This document shows positions 1-10,812 of a DNA stretch of 64,000 nucleotides, piece by piece. Each line of letters begins with the position of its first letter. Position 1 is the stretch's first letter. Origin of the DNA: Azolla caroliniana. Its lineage: Eukaryota; Plantae; Polypodiophyta. The position numbers were made by a program, and so were the translations under genes. The notes under the pieces were generated by a model. It searched no databases, was not told the origin of the DNA, and saw only the letters and a list, made by a program, of their open reading frames with translations. Location of the stretch: NCBI GenBank assembly GCA_043228905.1, contig JBHGNT010000006.1, forward strand, positions 22,630,001-22,694,000, written 5' to 3'.

Positions 1-99
1 ATAACCATTAGTGGATAGAGGCCCGGTGCTTGTCTGCTCCTGTGTGACACGCACATCGCGACGTTTGGCACGTGTGTCACGCGCCATGTGACATTGTCC

Positions 100-815
100 T
101 CTAGACATCCCTTTATCGGGATGTCGTCCAAAAATGCCATGGTGATGTTTGGGATGTAGTCTCTCGGCACTTTGTTCATTGCATTCACCATGTGTGCCAC
201 CAAATTCGTACTTCCTTGTAGCAAGGTACACATCTGAACTAAGCTGAGGGGTCCACATCGTCATGATGTCCCTACTTTCGACGGCTAGCTGGAACTGGTT
301 GTACCCGGAGTATAAGTCGTCGACCAAGTAGATCGACCTTCCGATAAAGGCCTCTACAAACTCATCGATGGACGGCCTGACCCCTGCAATCCGAATCATC
401 ACCTTGTTGACATGTTGAAGGTCTTGGATGAAGCACAATGTATCGTTATTCATCGGCACCGTGAACCACCGATTAGAATACGGGGCACTCGACGACTTGA
501 GGATCCCCATATCGACCTTCTCCTTGAGCAGCTCCATTACCTTCGGGATGTGATCTCTCAGCATCGGAATTAGCTTGAGATTCCATGGTACATGTGGTAC
601 CGTGAAGATCACCAACGGTTCCACGATTGTTGGGTCGATGCACCCGATCTCATCCGGCGAGAATGCAAAGGCCTTCTCGTGCCTCTCGAGCATTCCCCGA
701 AATTGGTCCTCTTCTGCCGATAGCAGAAAGCCACCCCCACCAAACTTAAAACTTCCGTAGTGAGGGAGCCACGACTGGACTCACCTTCTTGTCCACAATC
801 TTATATTTGGTGTTG
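100..815 (-). pseudogene. Ty3/Gypsy (non-chromovirus, bryophyte/fungal-like) reverse transcriptase fragment
   Basis: Manual minus-strand translation gives ...AFAFSPDEIGCIDPTIVEPLVIFTVPHVPWNLK...SSSAPYSNRWFTVP...FIQDLQHVNKV...DLYSGYNQFQL...QGSTNLVAHMVNAMNKV...AFLDDIPIKG. These are Gypsy RT motifs including FLDD. Confidence 0.85.
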
Positions 816-848
816 AATCGGGTTGGATTCGTCCATATTTCAACCTCA

Positions 849-859
849 CTCTGATACCA
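849..859 (-). promoter_or_regulatory. tRNA-iMet primer-binding site (TGGTATCAGAG)
   Basis: CTCTGATACCA on + strand lies 3 nt from an LTR-like end (TG at 863-864). Confidence 0.8.
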
Positions 860-1025
860 GTTTGATGAGAAATATGGAACCGGAATCGGACAACGACCAA
901 GTCTACTAAAATCTACCTAGATTCTTTGTCAAACAATGGACACAATACATGATACAAACAAAAAAGGTAAAGTACAGAGACACATAGAGTTTTACATGGA
1001 ATCCTTGAACGAGAAAAACCACGGG

Positions 1026-1443
1026 TGTCAGGGCCAAAGCTAGGAACGAGTTTTAAAATGGAGAAGAGAATGAGAAGCTAAAGATATGAGAGAAATGAGA
1101 GAGATAAGAAGAATTTGATAATATATTAACAACAAGAGCAATGTTTACAAGAATATGCTGAAGATTGGCGTTGAACCAGAATGGTTCATCAATAGTCAAA
1201 TACATGTTTATATAACATGATTTGGATACATGCATGCTCGCCACTTGGCAATCATGCGTTAGCCTATGTAAGGTGACGACATTTCAATAATATTATTATA
1301 TATATTTCCTATTGATATAATAAAATTTATTATTTAATATGTATAATATGATATATCCTAGTGGTTGGGGTTATATTCTTTCATTGAGGAAGTCATGGCT
1401 TCGAATCACCATAAAGTTTATTGGGTTTTATATACACATGACA
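1026..1443 (-). repeat. 3' LTR of chromovirus
   Basis: Starts TGTCAGGGCCAAAGC and ends ACACATGACA; aligns with 6198-6605. Confidence 0.95.
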
Positions 1444-1499
1444 CCATCCCCCTCCTTTGATGACGAGTTCCACGAGTCCTAATGCATGAATTCAGACTT

Positions 1500-2600
1500 G
1501 GCTTATTTGGATATCCGGACAACCAATCCACGAGATAATCAAGCTTTTTACGTACTATCTTGGAGTCCAAAATAGCTTTGACTTCAAATGTAAGGTGGGG
1601 GTAGAACAACCCGATTTGGAATGGAACTACCAATGTAGGGTTCCAACAATGAGACATGAAATACCGGATGTAGATGCATCTGTGGAGGTAGATCAAGGCG
1701 GAGTGCAATATCATTAATTTGATAGTAACTATACACGATCCCCAATTTGAAACTTCGGTTCCTTTGGTGAAGAGTCTAGACGGTGATGATTTGCGGCTTT
1801 TTTGTGTGTGGCTTGAGCAGTTTGCAATGTTGAGAAAGTGCAACAAGCACATCTTGGAGTTGACGCAAACGATCTCCAATAGTAGGATTTTTCGAGATTT
1901 CCTTATGTGCAATCATTGTCCAATGAGGATGATATCCTATGTTTGCAAAAAATGGAGTATACCCTGTTGAGGAATGAATTGAATTATTGTATGCAATTTC
2001 TGCACAGTGCAAAAAATCCACCCAATCATCTTGTTGGTAATTGATGAAACACCGAAGATATTGCTCTAGTGTTTGATTCGTCCGCTCAGTTTGACCGTCA
2101 CTTTGTGGATGATAGCTTGACGAAAGTTTACAAGAGATTTTGAGCATCTCAAGCAAGTGTTTCTAGAATTTTGAGATGAATTGTGGGCCATGATCACTTA
2201 TGATGTCATTTGGAAGACCGTGAAGCCGAAATACTTCTTTCATAACGATGTCTATAGTTTCTTTATTGTTGAGGGTTTTCGTGCATGGAAGAAAATGTGT
2301 CATCTTTGTGAATCGATCTACTATAGTGAGAATAGCATAAAAAATCTTTGAAATTGGAAGATCTGTAATAAAATCCATCGAGATGGATTTCCAAGGACCA
2401 ATAGGAACTGGCAATGGTTGTAATAACCCATATGATCGATGTTGTGGAATCTTTGATCGACAATACACATCACAACTATGAACATAATCTTCAACAAACT
2501 CTCGAAGATGAGGCCACCAATAGTTTTGAGAAACTAGCTCCAAAGTGCCCGCCCATTGGGTTGTCATGGCAATATTGCATTACTTGAAGTCGAGACGAAC
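1500..2600 (-). pseudogene. Integrase (zinc-binding, DDE core) and C-terminal chromodomain, frameshifted
   Basis: ORFs contain YWWPHLREFVEDYVHSCD, PWKSISMDFITDLP, SSYHPQSDGQTERTNQTLEQYLR and the chromodomain-like [22 protein letters not shown]. Confidence 0.9.
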
Positions 2601-2760
2601 CATTTGGGACATACAAAAGAGTGTTGCGAAAAAGTAAACCATTATCCCATTTAAACTGGTTATAATCTTTACGAGGATTCTTGGAGGTTGAAGAAGAAAC
2701 ACGATCTTAAATTATATGATTCAATCTATCTTGAGCAAATTCATCAGAAATGATATCTGT

Positions 2761-4341
2761 TCAGATTGGATCAAGAAGGCTTGAATCTTCAAATGCTTGA
2801 GAGGCATTAATAGCTAATAGTTGTAACCGATTAGGCCCCAAGACGACTCGTTTTTTATGATCAAATATGGGCCCTCTTGATTGTGGAGCCAAATAAGATT
2901 GTCGTGAGAGAGCATCTACCTTTCCTTGTTGTACTCTTGGGCGATATGTGATGAAAAAGTCAAAACGTGTTAGAAATTGTGCCCAACGAGCTTGACGGCG
3001 ACTCAAGACTCTAGCACTTTGAAAGTATGTGAGGTTTTTATGATCATTGTAAACAATGATTTGGTGGGGAGAACCTTCTAAGATATGTCTCCACTGTTCA
3101 AACGAGTCTATAATGGTTAGAAGCTCTTTGTCGTGAATCTCGTAATTGATCCCTGTGGCTTTGAATTTGCGTGAATGGAAAGCAATTGGATGTAGCTTCC
3201 CATCATCTCATGTCTGTGACAAGATACTTCCTAGTGCAAAATCAGATGCATCCGCCTCGATGACAAATGGTTTTTCTATGTCAGCATGAAGTAGAATTGG
3301 AGTAGAAGTGAATGCTCTCTTTAGGCTTTCAAAAACTTTGGCTGCACTAGAAGTCCATGTGAATGACTTGTTCTTTCATGTAAGCTCTATGAGAGGCATC
3401 AGAATGTTCGAATAATTCTTGATCAATTTGGGGTAAAAATTCGCAAATCCTAGGAAACATTGAACATCACACACTAAACGAGGTGATTGCCAGTTTAGAA
3501 CTATCTGAACCTTAGATGGATCCATAGATATACCTTGTTGGGAAACCACATACCCTAGAAACTCCACATGGTTTTGATCAAAGCTACATTTCTCAAGTTT
3601 GGCATAGAGCCCATTTTCTCCTAAGCGTTGGAAGACTTGGCGGACATGTATGTCATGCTCTTCTTGAGTTTTCGAGTAGATCAAGATGTCATCAAGATAT
3701 ACTATGGTGAATGAATCCAAGAAATTGCGGAAAATATCATTCGCCATGTGTTGAAAAACCGCGGGCGCATTCGTGAGACCAAAAGGCATAACTGTGTACT
3801 CAAAATTTCCACATCGAGTACGGAATGTTGTCTTCCATTCATCTCCTGGACGTATCCGAACAAGGTTATATGCACCTCGAATATCTAGCTTCGTGAAAAC
3901 TTTAGCTCCACTAAGACGCTCTAGTAAACTCGAAATCAAGGGTAGAGCATATCTATTTCGAACTATGATTTTGTTTAGACCTCGATAGTCCACGACCAAT
4001 TGTAGAGATCCATCTTTATTCTTGACAAAGAAGATAGGTGCACTACCAGGGCTTTTAGAATGTAGAATGAATCCATTTGCTAAGTGCTCGTCTATATACT
4101 CTTGAAGGGCCTTGAGTTTGGAAAGTGATAGATTATATATCGGGCCCCATGGTGGCTCTTTCCCAGGTTGTAGATCAATAGGACAATCATAAGGCCGATG
4201 GTCTGGGAGAGAACTAGCTTTAGCTTTGTTGAAGATGTCTTCAAAATCCAAGTACTTGGTAGGGAGGGGAGTACCTGCCCCTTGTGAGCTAGAGGATGGG
4301 TTTGCTATTATTGCAAAGACAAACATTTCATTTGTTTGCAC
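2761..4341 (-). pseudogene. Chromovirus reverse transcriptase and RNase H
   Basis: LQLVVDYRGLN, KLDIRGAYNL, VMPFGLTNAPAVFQ, VYLDDILIY; RNase H end [16 protein letters not shown]. Confidence 0.95.
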
Positions 4342-4460
4342 ATCTTCTCGTAATTTTTGTAGAGAGATGGCGAGATTTGGTGAGGTTTTGAATCTCGGTT
4401 GGTAGTAACAAGGCAGCTAGATTCAGGTTTCTGTTGGAAATCATTGATTGTTTGATTTCT

Positions 4461-5930
4461 CTAGTCAATTTCAAGACTATGAAGTTCAAACCAAGGCAAA
4501 CCAAGGATAACCGGATGCTCAAGGCTACTAATTATAGTGAAGGAAATCATAAAAGCAAAGCTACCAAGAACTACTCGAATTGGCTTAGATTCTTCAACTA
4601 TATTCCCGGATGCAATAGGGCGACCATCAATGACTACAATAGATGCAGGGCAAGGGAGGTTTTTCAATAGGATTTTCTTAGATAAAGCAAATTCCTTGTT
4701 CATAAAACAATAGTTGGCTCCTAAATCTAAGAGAGTAGAGGCAAGAACTCGATGACACCTAGAAGTGCTAAGCTCAACTTGTGCTGAAAAAACCCTACTA
4801 CCATCATACGATAAAATGGAACCACTACTTGGGGTTGACTTTATGTATTCAGGATTGTCCAACCAAATGGCTCTAATTTTGGTTGGACTTATTCGTTTAA
4901 TATTTCATCAAGTTGACTCAAGACTTCAAAACTATTGGACTGACCATGACATGTAGGACTACTAGGGCTAGATGATCTAACTGGAGAATTGGAATGAAGA
5001 TTCTCACTAATACTTACTTGATTTACTTGTCGTTTTGGCCTATGTGGCCATGTGATTGCGATGTGTCCTGAACCACCACAATACAAACATAGACGGTTTG
5101 CTCGACGTCTTTGCTTCTCAGTTTCAGATAAAGGCCCTCGACGACGTGTTACATCGATCTCCATTGGACTTGGACCACCTGATGGAATCATGTGTGAAGT
5201 TTGAGTAGTGCTCATGGGTGTCGTGGCTACTATCGAAGCATATGTTTGATCAGTTCTTGGTCATGACATTAATTGACGCTCTAAACGTCGTTCGAATACG
5301 CGGTTGTCACATCGCACTGCATGACTTGTCACTTTTGTAAGTGATCTTGGATCTTCATGAAAAGTCAATAGCAAATCCTTTACATCATTTCGTAGTCCAT
5401 AGCGAAATTAATCCATTAAGGCTTCTTCATCCCACGGAATATCACAAGGTAGGAGGCGGAAATCTGTGGCATAGGCAAAGGCAGGACGGTCCCCTTGACG
5501 CAGTCTTTGAATCTTGTTAATCGTTGTTCTAACATTATTAGTGTCTCCAAAGTTTGCTTGAAATTCTCTAATAAAACCTTCGAAGTCTTGGAGAAGAGGA
5601 TACTTCTTTTCTAGCAGTGGTGCAAACCACACTAATGCAGTTCCTCTTAAGAGGGTCCCAACTAGTCCAACTTGGGCTACATCAGTCGGATAACCTATTA
5701 GGGTGCATATGAATTACTAGACATACTTGGTTTAGAAACCCGAAAAACTATGATCGATTACCATCGAACTTCCCATGCAAACAAATCTTCGGTTCTTTGG
5801 GAGAGGTTTGTCGCGTTGAAGCTTGTTGATGAAGAGACCACAATGTTGTTTCGAGTTGCAATACACGTGTCAATAACTCATCATATTGTTGTGCCTTTTC
5901 TATGCTTACTTGTTGCAAATCTCCAAGCAA
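4461..5930 (-). pseudogene. Chromovirus gag, CCHC zinc knuckle and aspartic protease fragments
   Basis: EPKICLHGKFDGNRS, IQRLRQGDRPAFAYATDFR, PSPMEID, CLYCGGSGH, LLDLGANYCF, VILGLPW. Confidence 0.9.
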
Positions 5931-6070
5931 TCATTGAATCTCTTGTTCTAACGCCACAAACTTATTTGCAAGATGCTCTAGTTCAGAGATGACTCGAACA
6001 TAGTCTTGCTTGCTAACTGACTCCATGGAGAGGATAACGTTTGGCAAGATTCTCAAGGAGAAGGAAGGAA

Positions 6071-6075
<5 letters not shown>

Positions 6076-6137
<62 letters not shown>

Positions 6138-6160
6138 GACACAAAGAGAGAGAGAGAGAG
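6076..6160. repeat. (AG)n microsatellite in chromovirus 5' leader
   Basis: Direct inspection. Confidence 0.95.
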
Positions 6161-6197
6161 GAAGAAAGAGAGAAGGGAGGAAAATTATGGTTCAAAC

Positions 6198-6605
6198 TGT
6201 TAGGGCCAAAGCTAGGAATGAGTTTTAAAACGGAGAAGAGAATGAGAAGCGAAAGATATGAGAGAAATGAGAGAGATAATAAGAATTTGATAATGTATTA
6301 ACAATGAGAGCAATGTTTACAAGAATATGCCGAAGACTGGCATTGAACCAGAATGGTTCATCAATAGTCAAATACATGTTTATATAGCATGGTTTGGATA
6401 CATGAATGCTCGCCACCTCATAGGCACGCATCATTGCCACTTGGCAATCATGCGTTAGCCTATGCAAGTGGCGACATTTCAATAATATTATTATATATAT
6501 TTCCTATTGATATAATAGAATGTATTATTTAATATATACAATTTGATGTATCCTAATGGTTGGGGTTATACCATAAACCTTACTGGGTTTTACATACACA
6601 TGACA
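6198..6605 (-). repeat. 5' LTR of chromovirus, with minus-strand TATA (TATATAAA, 6386-6379)
   Basis: TGTTAGGGCCAAAGC...ACACATGACA; aligns with 1026-1443 apart from two indels. Confidence 0.95.
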
Positions 6606-7186
6606 ATGGGAGCCCATTGACTCCACAATATATTACTATATGAATGCGTACAATTGTTTTCAACTTTCCTAGCCAACTAGGGGCATTGTCGTTTTGTCAA
6701 AGCCACAACCTTGAACAGACCTTCATCTTTAAAAAAGACGGATTCACACAATGAACAAAACAAAGAGCATCAAAACCTGATCAAAGAAGAGAGGACGATC
6801 AACAGATCAGAATCAAGAGTTGGCGCACAAACGGGCTCGACTTGCACACCATTGTTTTCTCTCTCCTTTGTACTCCGCACTTAGTGTTCACTTCACAAAT
6901 TATATACTGCAACTGCTACGCTCACTTGTGGTAAATAAAAATATTCTAGGTTTTAAGCATACATACATACATACATACATATCTACACATTTGTCCCTAG
7001 CTGAATTGGCTTTAGTTGATTCGACACTTAACCTTAGGCAGCATTCGACCCTTAGTTGGATAATCAACTCTTAGCTATTTGCCGACTCTCATTTTACCTA
7101 ACTGACACATAACAAACCCTTTGTACTCTTCTCCCATAAGGAGGGACATCATTTCATAACAAATTCCTATCTATCTCTCATTTAAC

Positions 7187-7235
<49 letters not shown>

Positions 7236-7322
7236 CACACACACACCACGTAGTCTTCCATTGCTTAATCACACACGTGATTAACTACTCACATAATTAG
7301 ATACTAATTAACCCATAGTTAG

Positions 7323-7770
7323 TTACCTAATTATTAACACTTCATTGTTGTCCTCTAGTTGGACTTTGATGTTCATCCTTTCCTCTTGGTTGATGGACTT
7401 CACAAACATTAAAACCTTATTCACCCCCACTAGTCTTTGATCTTGCCTCAATAGTTGAGCAAAACGATGCTCAAACTCTAGGAACGCATGTGTAACACGC
7501 TGGTGGGTCTTCAATGATGCCACCCATAGGCTGAATTTGTACTGGCTTGCCTCCATCTATATATAGTTGTACTATTCTAGTAATACTTCCTCGAGGGATT
7601 CCCAAGGGTTGTGAGCTTCTTGACCTCTCATATATAGGCACAATCACCACTTGACAAAAACGTGTGAGCCTCTCTGCCCCGTTCACCTCTATTTGATTCA
7701 TCTTGGCATTGTGAGCTTTAAATTTTTTGGGGACATTGTCCTCATTAAAATGGTTTACTACTTTCACCAC
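7323..7770 (-). pseudogene. Gypsy-type gag-like remnant
   Basis: Adjacent helical ORF fragments (HFNEDNVPKKFKAHNAKM; FLEFEHRFAQL...KVLMFVKSIN) resemble retrotransposon gag. Recognised by eye only. Confidence 0.45.
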
Positions 7771-8194
7771 CCTTTCTACGACATGTTATGTTGCTTTCCA
7801 TCTTTCTCTTTCCCTCAACAATCCCATCATCATCTCTTCATTGACCCTCATCCTCCTCCCATGTCGCTCTTTCACATTAGGTTCAACAAAGATGTTGTTT
7901 AAACGTGCATGTGTGTGCTACTTGAGCGGGACCATGGGGAATGCAATGCCATGTGAGAAGATTATTTAGGCCACCATGTAGATATTCTTGTGTGAATTCC
8001 CTTTTATATAATTGGTGCTCAAAAGATTGAGGTGAGAAAAAAGGCTCCAACAACTTAGGCGAACACTTGATGAGGCGAATGTTATATGAAGACAACCATT
8101 CAAGGAGACGAATGCCCGAGGAGGCCAACGCTCCAAGAAGGTGAACGTTCCAAGGAGGAGAACACTCTAGGGAGGCGAATATTCAACCTATATG

Positions 8195-8240
<46 letters not shown>

Positions 8241-10239
8241 AATCACAAAGGCACGTATGAGTGGATAATCAAGGGATTAACATTAACACTCTTTGATTAA
8301 CACAAAGTTCAGTAGATTAAGACCAAAATCGCAACCAATTACACAACAAATTACCCTAAATACAAAATTATCACCACGATTACAATGGTTTTTGCATGAT
8401 TAATAAGATTAACAAGAAATGAAATGACAAGGAGTGATCAAGCTTCCACTGAAGATCCAAATTTAGTCACATCATTGAGGCCTTGATTACCTTTGATTAC
8501 TACGATGCCTCTTTGCCAAAGTAGTGTCTTCGGACAACATAATGCTACCTTCTATGATCAATGGGTAAACGAACCAAACTCTTTCTTCAAAACCGCCAAC
8601 ACATAATGGCACTTGGTGGTGAAGAAGAATACTTCAAAAAAAATTCCAAGAAGAAGAAGAACTAAGAAAACCTAAAACTCATAGAATGTTGAGAAGAAGA
8701 AAGACCTTACAAAACTCTAATGGCGCACTTTGAAAACCCAAAATGAGTGACCCTAAATAAGCCCTCTTTTCCTCTTTTTATAAAGAAAGAGACATCTATT
8801 TTTGGCATTAATTCTTATTGCATCGAAAATGCATATATTTTTTTTCCCCTTTATATGTGTGAGAAAAGGTTCCAGCTCTACCCCTTGTACACAATCAATG
8901 ACCCTAACCCACTGGACCATTATTTTTTATATATGCATATTTATGTTTTTGTGGTTGTGCCTAGGCCCTTTTATTGTCCACTTTCTACCTTAAGCCTGTC
9001 ACATCACGAGATTGGTCTAGTGAACCCATAACTTCACCGATGGACACCAAGGTTGTAAATCAACACCATGATGCACGAAATGTGATCGACATCTTACGAG
9101 TATACTATGAAAGCGACGATACTAGTTGCACGTTCCTTGTAACTGTGAAAGGCACTACAATGTTTACTATAATAGACACATGCACTCGACTCAACTTCAT
9201 TATCTACGGTTGTTGGCAAAAGCGTGGTAGCCTTAAAATGCTCCCCTTTAATGTCAAATTAAGGATGACAAATTGATCCATCTAAAGACCGAAAGGCATT
9301 GTGCAAAACCACAAGTTCTACCTCACTTTTGTGATCATGAGGTCGACAAAGCAAGTATAATGCTTGTGGACTAGTGTCGAAAGAGTTCATGACATAGAAC
9401 CTAGACAAGGGATATGGGTCACTATATGGAGAGATTTAGATGGTGATCAACAAAGAGAGAAAGAAGGGTGCCGATCCACTTGATAACCCTCGAGTGAAGG
9501 GGTCGAGACATACTCGAACCTTGGTCAGCGTCCCATACCACCGCCATGGCATCGAGTTGTACCTAGTACCGACACGCTCATTAAGAGTTTGTTCACCACA
9601 CGATCACAATCTCGATTCAGTCAAAATGATGTTCGAACGAGGGTAGCTAGGCGTCATATTTGTAGCCAGACCTAAGGCCCCTAGACAAGTTCACACTTGG
9701 CCCTTATGGGTTCTTTCAATTCCTTGGATTAAATGTAATCCTCCTTTCTTTACATTCTCGACTAACCCTCACACTTTATCCACGTGTATAGAATACAACG
9801 ATACAAGTTACCACGGGATAAATTATGTTCATGCCTGTAACATGTCTCATGGGATGGAGGGCGTATTTGTAGAGAGATTCGGAGCCGAGAACCCAGAGAG
9901 AGGGGCCTAGTGGGCTCATCATATTTGTCATAGATTCGAACCGAAAACCCCAAATTAAGAAATATACAACATATGTGGGTATGTATAACCCCAAATTTAG
10001 TGTGATTATGAACTTTTTGTTCCATCTTATTGATAGAGTGAGAGCCCCCCCTTCCCCTGTTTTAAGTATGTGTATAAATAAGCAAGGAAATACAAGGGAA
10101 AACATCTCCATTGAAGAACAGAGTCCGAGAGCCCTGCCTTAAAAGCTAAAGCATGAAGACAAACAAAAGCATGACAACTCTATAGGCTTCTGGAGTCAAC
10201 CTCTTGTTCAGCAGAAGCAAGTTACAACAGTGGTTGCGG

Positions 10240-10433
10240 GTACGTCTGACACTTGAGATCCCATGGAAACAATTTCATATACACCACTCTCTCATATCTA
10301 TCTGATACATATTATCATTCTATGCTTGTTTTTTTTTTTTTTTTTTTGGGTCTGAATCTTTTCCAAGAAATATTGTCAGGAAATGCTTGATTCGAAAAGC
10401 AATTCTTTTTGTATGTTACTTGTTCCTTTTTAG
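10240..10433 (+). other. Probable 5'-UTR intron of the ASI1-like gene
   Basis: GG|GTACGT donor, poly-T tract and TTTTAG| acceptor 31 nt before the ATG at 10465. Confidence 0.5.
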
Positions 10434-10464
10434 GGCTAGTGTTTTCATGAAGTTGTGATGCTCA

Positions 10465-10812
10465 ATGGCTTGCCCTGATATTAGAGAGGAAGTTTTCACA
10501 TGGGGTAAAGCCAAAGGAACTGTGAACAAAGAAAAGAAGTTTTATTGCTCTTTCTTCTTCCAAGGAGAAGAGTATAAGCTTTATGACAATGTAGTCGTGC
10601 ATGATGAGAATGAACCTGATGGTCATGTTGCGAAGATAATGAAGCTTTGGGAAGATATGACAACGGGTTCGAAAATGACACTTTTACGATGGTTCATCCG
10701 GTGGGAAGAGCTTCCACCCCTTTTGAAAGCAGGGAAAGATTCATGTGAAAACTCCAGAGAACTCTTTCTAGCTTTTGGACTTGGCAAAGGAGTATGCAAC
10801 GAAAACAAACTG
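10465..10812 (+). CDS. ASI1: ASI1-like coding exon 1 (BAH domain N-part)
   Basis: ORF 10465-10845 read to the CTG|GTAAAG donor; 116 codons. Confidence 0.92.

Larger units (their letters stand above)
1026..6605 (-). mobile_element. Full-length degenerate Ty3/Gypsy chromovirus (Tcn1/Tf1-sushi-like) LTR retrotransposon
   Basis: Two TG...CA LTRs (1026-1443, 6198-6605). TSD ACGGG/ATGGG. Minus-strand PPT AAGGAGGGGGATGG at 1444-1457. Domain order gag-ZnK-PR-RT-RH-INT-chromodomain, broken by stops and frameshifts. Confidence 0.95.
863..6720 (-). mobile_element. Older LTR (863-1025, resuming at ~6606) split by the chromovirus insertion; right end approximate
   Basis: The rejoined sequence GAAAAACCACGGG|AGCCCATTGACTCC reverse-complements to the GGAGTC..TGGGCTCCCGTGGTTTTTC motif seen in the Copia-type LTRs at ~44345, ~47930 and ~56528. 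Confidence 0.6.

Noticed and set aside
6010-6301. RE/SL-repeat ORFs (also at 34451-34657, 45604-45876, 47698-47919)
   Set aside because: They are translations of (AG)n or (AC)n microsatellites.
8240-10110. Possible TE or promoter elements upstream of the ASI1-like gene
   Set aside because: Looks repeat-derived, but no termini, TSD or protein motif could be defined; the TSS cannot be placed from sequence alone.
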